Part shown: piece after piece, positions 59,430-64,000 of the stretch
Position numbering within the stretch: the first letter of the stretch is position 1
Layout of the letters: every line of letters starts with the position of its first letter
Assembly (NCBI GenBank): GCA_963921275.4
Contig: OZ001293.3
Coordinates: 3,264,001-3,328,000 of the forward strand
Source of the DNA: an uncultured Hormoscilla sp.
GTDB taxonomy: Bacteria; Cyanobacteriota; Cyanobacteriia; Cyanobacteriales; Desertifilaceae
Direction of reading: 5' to 3'
DNA: 64,000 nucleotides
Program-made: the position numbers and the translations under genes
Notes under the pieces: generated by a model
The model's database searches: none
Told to the model about the DNA's origin: nothing
What the model saw: only the letters and a program-made list of their open reading frames with translations

Positions 59430-60654
59430 TGGACGGAATGGGTGGTATGAAGCGTGCGATCGCCTGGGGCAGTTACCAGTTTTCATATCAGATGTGGCGA
59501 GGGCTTGGGAGCAAGCAGATAGGGATTTTGAGTCCAGTCCCAGTCGGGCGATCGGTTTACAATGTCGCTATGCACTGATAATGAGTTCTCTCAATACTTT
59601 GGCGGCTAGTATCCCTGCTGGGCGTTGCACATTTTGGGGATGATGCCATTGTTTGCACATAACTGAAAGTGGCTTATAGTCTACGTTTAAGACTTATGCA
59701 AAGAGACCCATCATCCCGTCCGAAGTGCAACGCCCCCTGCTGAACTAATGGCAGCGTTGGTGGATAAAGGGGTGTGGACGCCAGCTCAAGGACTAGCCTA
59801 TGCGCGGCAAGTTCAACATCCGGGCGATCGGGCAAAAGCTTTGGGAGAATTAGCAGGTCACTTACCAAAAATCCTATTATCAGAAGCACTTGATATTGCC
59901 AGAGCGATTTCGGATGAGTCTCCCCGAGCAGAAGCCCTCAATGCTCTAGCAGCCCACTTGCCAGAAAATCTCTTACAAGAAGCCCTCGATACTACTCGGG
60001 CGATTCCAGATAAGGAGACTGCTCGGGGAATTCCAGATAAGGAGAACCGAGCAGAAGCCCTCATAGCTCTAGCAGCCCGCTTACCAGAAATTGTACCCAT
60101 TGCACTCGATACTGCTCGGGCGATTCAATCTGAGTATCGCCGAGCAGAAGCCCTCGGTGATCTAGCAGCCCACTTACCAGAAAATCTCTTACCCATTGCA
60201 CTCGATACTGCGCTTGGCGATACTGCGCTTGGCGATTTCATATGGCCGAGCAAAAGCCCTCAGTGGTCTAGCAACCCACTTCCCAGAACTCATACCAGAA
60301 GCACTCGATACTGCGCTTAATGATTCAATCTGAGTTTGGGTAAATGATTGTTCTCAGTGCTCTAGCAGTCCACTTACCAGAAAATTTATTACCCATTGCA
60401 CTCGATACTGCTCGGGAGATTCAAGAACCATATTACCGATCGGACGCCTTTAGCGGAATAGCGTGGGAACTAAAACGTTTGCCCGTTAATTTCTTTCTCT
60501 GGAAAGATATGCTCCATACTTTAGCCTGCCGCGATCTCGACTTTTTTTGTCAGACCTGGTTGAGTTAGTCCCTGTTACGATCGAGCTGGGCGGTGTGAAG
60601 TCTCTCCCAGAAATAGCCCGTGCCATTGTTGATGTGGGGCGGCAGTGGCCCTGA
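59430..60654 (+). pseudogene. C-terminal helical-repeat remnant of an NB-ARC/NTPase-type protein
   Basis: GLQCRYALIMSSLNTLA..IPAELMAALV..GVWTPAQGLAY plus RAEAL.ALA.HLPE repeats. Broken by a MITE and frameshifts. Confidence 0.65.
59621..59734. mobile_element. 114-bp MITE, copy 2
   Basis: Homologous to 56323-56435. 8-bp direct repeat CCCTGCTG. Confidence 0.85.
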
Positions 60655-60956
60655 AGGAACCGCCCCTTTGACAGTCGGCGCGATCGCCTGTGGGGGATGG
60701 GTGCGATATCGGGGGCCTCCGGGTGCGATCGGGGCACAGCGTCAGCGTGTCTGTTACATTGGCAATAGGAAGCAAAGAGCGAGCGATGCCGTGCCCCGGC
60801 GCAACCCGAAGATGTCAGATGTGACTGCTTTGTGCCCCGGCGCCATGGGAAAGTGACCGTGAGGCGATCGGGGAATTATTAATTATTATCAACAATTACC
60901 CCGATCGCCCCCAAATAAGGTAAAATTAAAATAGCGCTCAATCTAGGAGAGATATC

Positions 60957-61742
60957 ATGAGTACACAAGCAGTGATAACCAAGACAGACTGCTGGGAGCC
61001 AGATGTTAGTAATCTAGTCACAGAGGATGACACGGACAATTTGTGCTCGGAAAAACAACAACGCCTCTTGGCAAACTCAATTTACAGTTCACCCCCAAGG
61101 CAGAAATTTTTAGCAGCAGCAAATGTCGGTCGATTCCATACATTGAAAGAACCAGCGATCGTGCCAGATGTATTATTAAGTTTGGATATAACGGTTCCGC
61201 AAGATTAGTGGAACAAGCCAAACGGTTCTTACATGGTGTGGAACTATGGAAAACCGCCAGAAGTGGTAATTGAAATTGTCTCGAACAAGAAGGGCGAAGA
61301 ACTGGGAGAAAAACTCAAGACTTATGCCAAAATAGGGGTAAAATACTACATAGTGTATGACCCCAGCCAGCAATTGGGAAAAAAAGTATTGCGAGTGCAT
61401 GAACTCAGGGAAAGGCGCTACGAGGAAACCAATAAAACTTGGCTCTTAGAAGTCGGGCTGGGCGTAACTCTCTGGTCAGGGGTGTTTGAAGGCAGGCATG
61501 ATGTATGGTTGCGTTGGTGCGATCGGGAGGGGAATGTTCTCCTGACAGGAGACGAACGTGCATCTCAAGAAAAACAACGTGCATCTCAAGAAAAACAACG
61601 TGCATCTCAAGCGGAACAACGTGTATCTCAAGCGGAACAACGTGCATCTCAAGCGGAACAACGTGCATCTCAAGCAGAACAACTTGCCAAAATACTGGCA
61701 GAAAAGTTGCAAGAGTTGGGTATCGATCCAGATACTCTCTAA
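60957..61742 (+). pseudogene. Uma2-family protein with premature stop and 21-nt coding repeats
   Basis: SEKQQRLL, IVPDVLLSL, TAG at 61206, GKPPEVVIEIVSN, (RASQAEQ)n at 61554-61685. Confidence 0.8.
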
Positions 61743-62113
61743 AGAGGTTCGCTTCAATTGCCCGATCGGGCAACTAATTAAGGTGTAGTCGTAGGTTGGG
61801 TTGACGAGAGGAAACCCAACCAGCGATGGTTACCCTCGTTACCAAGCTACCAGGGAACCCGGTTTCTCAGGGTTCGATATCTCTGCTCCTTGCTCTTGTC
61901 CCAGGGGACATGGCACACAGGAGACATCGCTGACTCGTTGGGACCAGAAACCGGGTTAAAATATCGGTTGGGGTGCCCAGATGGTCGCCCCAAACCCGAT
62001 TTCAAGCTTAGTTGGCGCGACCCGATCTCCTCCCGACGATGGTGGGCGGTGCCCACCCTACAACAGGTTAAGATGTGAATGTTGTTATAGTAAGCGATCG
62101 ACACAGAAAGGTC

Positions 62114-64000
62114 ATGTCTTCACCAGCGCCATACCTGAGCGGTAGCGAAATAAAAGCTAAGTTCCTGGAATTCTACCAGCAGCGAGCACATCAAATCCTC
62201 CCCAGCGCCTCCTTGGTGCCGGAAGACCCGACGGTGCTGCTCACCATCGCCGGGATGCTACAATTTAAGCCCATATTCCTGGGACAGCGCCCTGCGCCAG
62301 TGCCTCGGGCCACCACTTCCCAAAAATGTATCCGCACTAACGATATCGAAAATGTGGGTCGCACTGCTAGACACCACACTTTCTTTGAGATGCTGGGTAA
62401 CTTCAGCTTTGGAGATTACTTTAAGTCTGAGGCGATCGCCTGGGCCTGGGAGTTATCGACCCAACTGTTCGAGTTACCGCCCGATCGCCTAATAGTCAGC
62501 GTGTTCGAGTCCGACGACGAAGCATTTGCCATCTGGCAAGATAAAATAGGCATCCCAGCACATCGGATCCAACGGATGGGAGAAGAGGATAACTTCTGGG
62601 CCTCGGGTCCGACCGGTCCTTGCGGTCCCTGTTCGGAAATTTACTACGACTTTCACTCGGAACTGGGGGACGAGAACATCGACTTGGAGGATGACACCCG
62701 ATTCATCGAGTTCTATAACTTGGTGTTCATGCAGTACAACCGAGACAGCGAGGGGAACCTCACCCCCCTGGAGAAGCAAAACATCGACACGGGGATGGGG
62801 TTGGAGAGGATGGCCCAGATCCTGCAACAGGTCCCCAATAACTATGAAACGGACTTGATCTTCCCGATCGTGAAGACGGCAGCAGAGATTGCAGGCATTG
62901 ACTATAGTAAAAGTGACGCCAAGACGCAAGTTTCTCTGAAGGTGATCGGCGACCACGTCCGGGCCGTGGTGCATCTGATCGCTGATGGGGTCACCGCTTC
63001 TAATATCGGCAGGGGTTACGTGTTGCGCAGGTTAATTCGGCGGGTGGTGCGCCACGGACGGTTGCTGGGCATTACAGGGGAGTTTACTACTAAGGTCGCT
63101 GAAACGGCGATCGCCCTCTCGGAAGCTGTCTATCCGCAGGTGCGCCAGGGTGCAGATCGGGTGAAAGCAGAACTGCAACGGGAAGAGTTGCGGTTTCTGG
63201 AGACCCTGGAACGGGGGGAGAAGCTGCTAGCAGAGATTTTAGGGAAAAAGCCCCAACAGATTTCCGGAGTCGATGCCTTTATCCTCTACGATACCTATGG
63301 TTTCCCCTTGGAACTGACTCAGGAGATTGCCGAAGAACAGGGTTTGACGGTAGATACTGCCGGGTTCGAGTCGGAAATGGCGAAACAGCGCCAGCGTTCC
63401 CAAGACGCCCATGAAACTATTGACTTGACTGTACAAGGTTCTCTGGATAAGTTAGCCGAACAGATCGGCGGGACGGAGTTTCTGGGTTATAGTCAAGTAG
63501 GCGCGGACGGGCGAGTGGAAGCGATCCTGGTAAATGGCGTATCCGTAGAAAAGGCCCAGGCCGGAGAGGATGTGCAGGTGCTGCTATCCCAAACTCCATT
63601 CTATGCCGAATCCGGGGGACAAATAGGCGATCGGGGATACCTGTCGGGGGATGAAGTTCTCATCAGCATATCGGACGTGCAAAAAGAATCGCATTTCTTC
63701 GTGCATGTGGGACAGATAGAACGAGGAACCCTAAAAGTGGGCGATCGGGTGACGGCCCAGATCGATCGGGCCTGTCGCCGCCGGGCCCAAGCAAATCATA
63801 CTGCAACCCACCTATTACAAGCAGCCTTGAGGAAAATTGTCGATGGAGCGATCTCCCAGGCCGGTTCCCTGGTAGACTTCGATCGATTGCGGTTTGACTT
63901 CAACTGCGGGCGTCCTGTTACCCCCGAGGAATTACAACATATAGAAGACCAGATTAACAGTTGGATCGCCGAGGGTCACGAGGCGGAAATCGCCGTGATG
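62114..64000 (+). CDS. alaS: Alanine--tRNA ligase (runs off the window)
   Basis: ATG 62114: [18 protein letters not shown]...[18 protein letters not shown]...[19 protein letters not shown]...NHTATHLL. Absent from the ORF track because there is no stop in the window. Confidence 0.96.
   Translation, partial: MSSPAPYLSGSEIKAKFLEFYQQRAHQILPSASLVPEDPTVLLTIAGMLQFKPIFLGQRPAPVPRATTSQKCIRTNDIENVGRTARHHTFFEMLGNFSFGDYFKSEAIAWAWELSTQLFELPPDRLIVSVFESDDEAFAIWQDKIGIPAHRIQRMGEEDNFWASGPTGPCGPCSEIYYDFHSELGDENIDLEDDTRFIEFYNLVFMQYNRDSEGNLTPLEKQNIDTGMGLERMAQILQQVPNNYETDLIFPIVKTAAEIAGIDYSKSDAKTQVSLKVIGDHVRAVVHLIADGVTASNIGRGYVLRRLIRRVVRHGRLLGITGEFTTKVAETAIALSEAVYPQVRQGADRVKAELQREELRFLETLERGEKLLAEILGKKPQQISGVDAFILYDTYGFPLELTQEIAEEQGLTVDTAGFESEMAKQRQRSQDAHETIDLTVQGSLDKLAEQIGGTEFLGYSQVGADGRVEAILVNGVSVEKAQAGEDVQVLLSQTPFYAESGGQIGDRGYLSGDEVLISISDVQKESHFFVHVGQIERGTLKVGDRVTAQIDRACRRRAQANHTATHLLQAALRKIVDGAISQAGSLVDFDRLRFDFNCGRPVTPEELQHIEDQINSWIAEGHEAEIAVM

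Noticed and set aside
61554..61685. CRISPR-like or regulatory tandem repeat
   Set aside because: The 21-nt units encode the RASQ(A/E)(E/K)Q coiled-coil tail of a Uma2 protein.
62191..63599. Minus-strand ORFs near the window end
   Set aside because: They are antisense shadows of alaS.

Overview
Cyanobacterial chromosome segment (abundant HIP1 GCGATCGC) with heavy gene decay and mobile-DNA load. Intact housekeeping genes are mgtE, aspS, speB, pyrH, frr, rpmF and alaS (partial), plus a WD40 protein and several redox enzymes. A defence island at ~6.1-27 kb holds: an orphaned C5 methyltransferase with a decayed partner; a tandemly triplicated ABC-ATPase + TOPRIM-motif (DUF3226-like) module coupled to a type II R-M pair; and a pPIWI-RE operon (PD-(D/E)XK nuclease remnant, DinG-like helicase, PIWI-RE protein). 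Five ORF-less group II introns of one family (835-917 nt) are present. Their EBS1 loops differ and each pairs with its own 5' exon. Two sit in sense orientation inside defence genes, and removing them restores the reading frame exactly. There is also one RT-encoding group II intron with a frameshifted ORF, many IS remnants (IS5, IS982, IS1182, IS1, IS1634, ISKra4, IS66), several MITEs with target-site duplications, and families of tiny nested hairpin insertions, some in frame inside working genes such as aspS. No tRNA, rRNA or CRISPR array was recognised. Family assignments come from motif recognition only, not from database searches.
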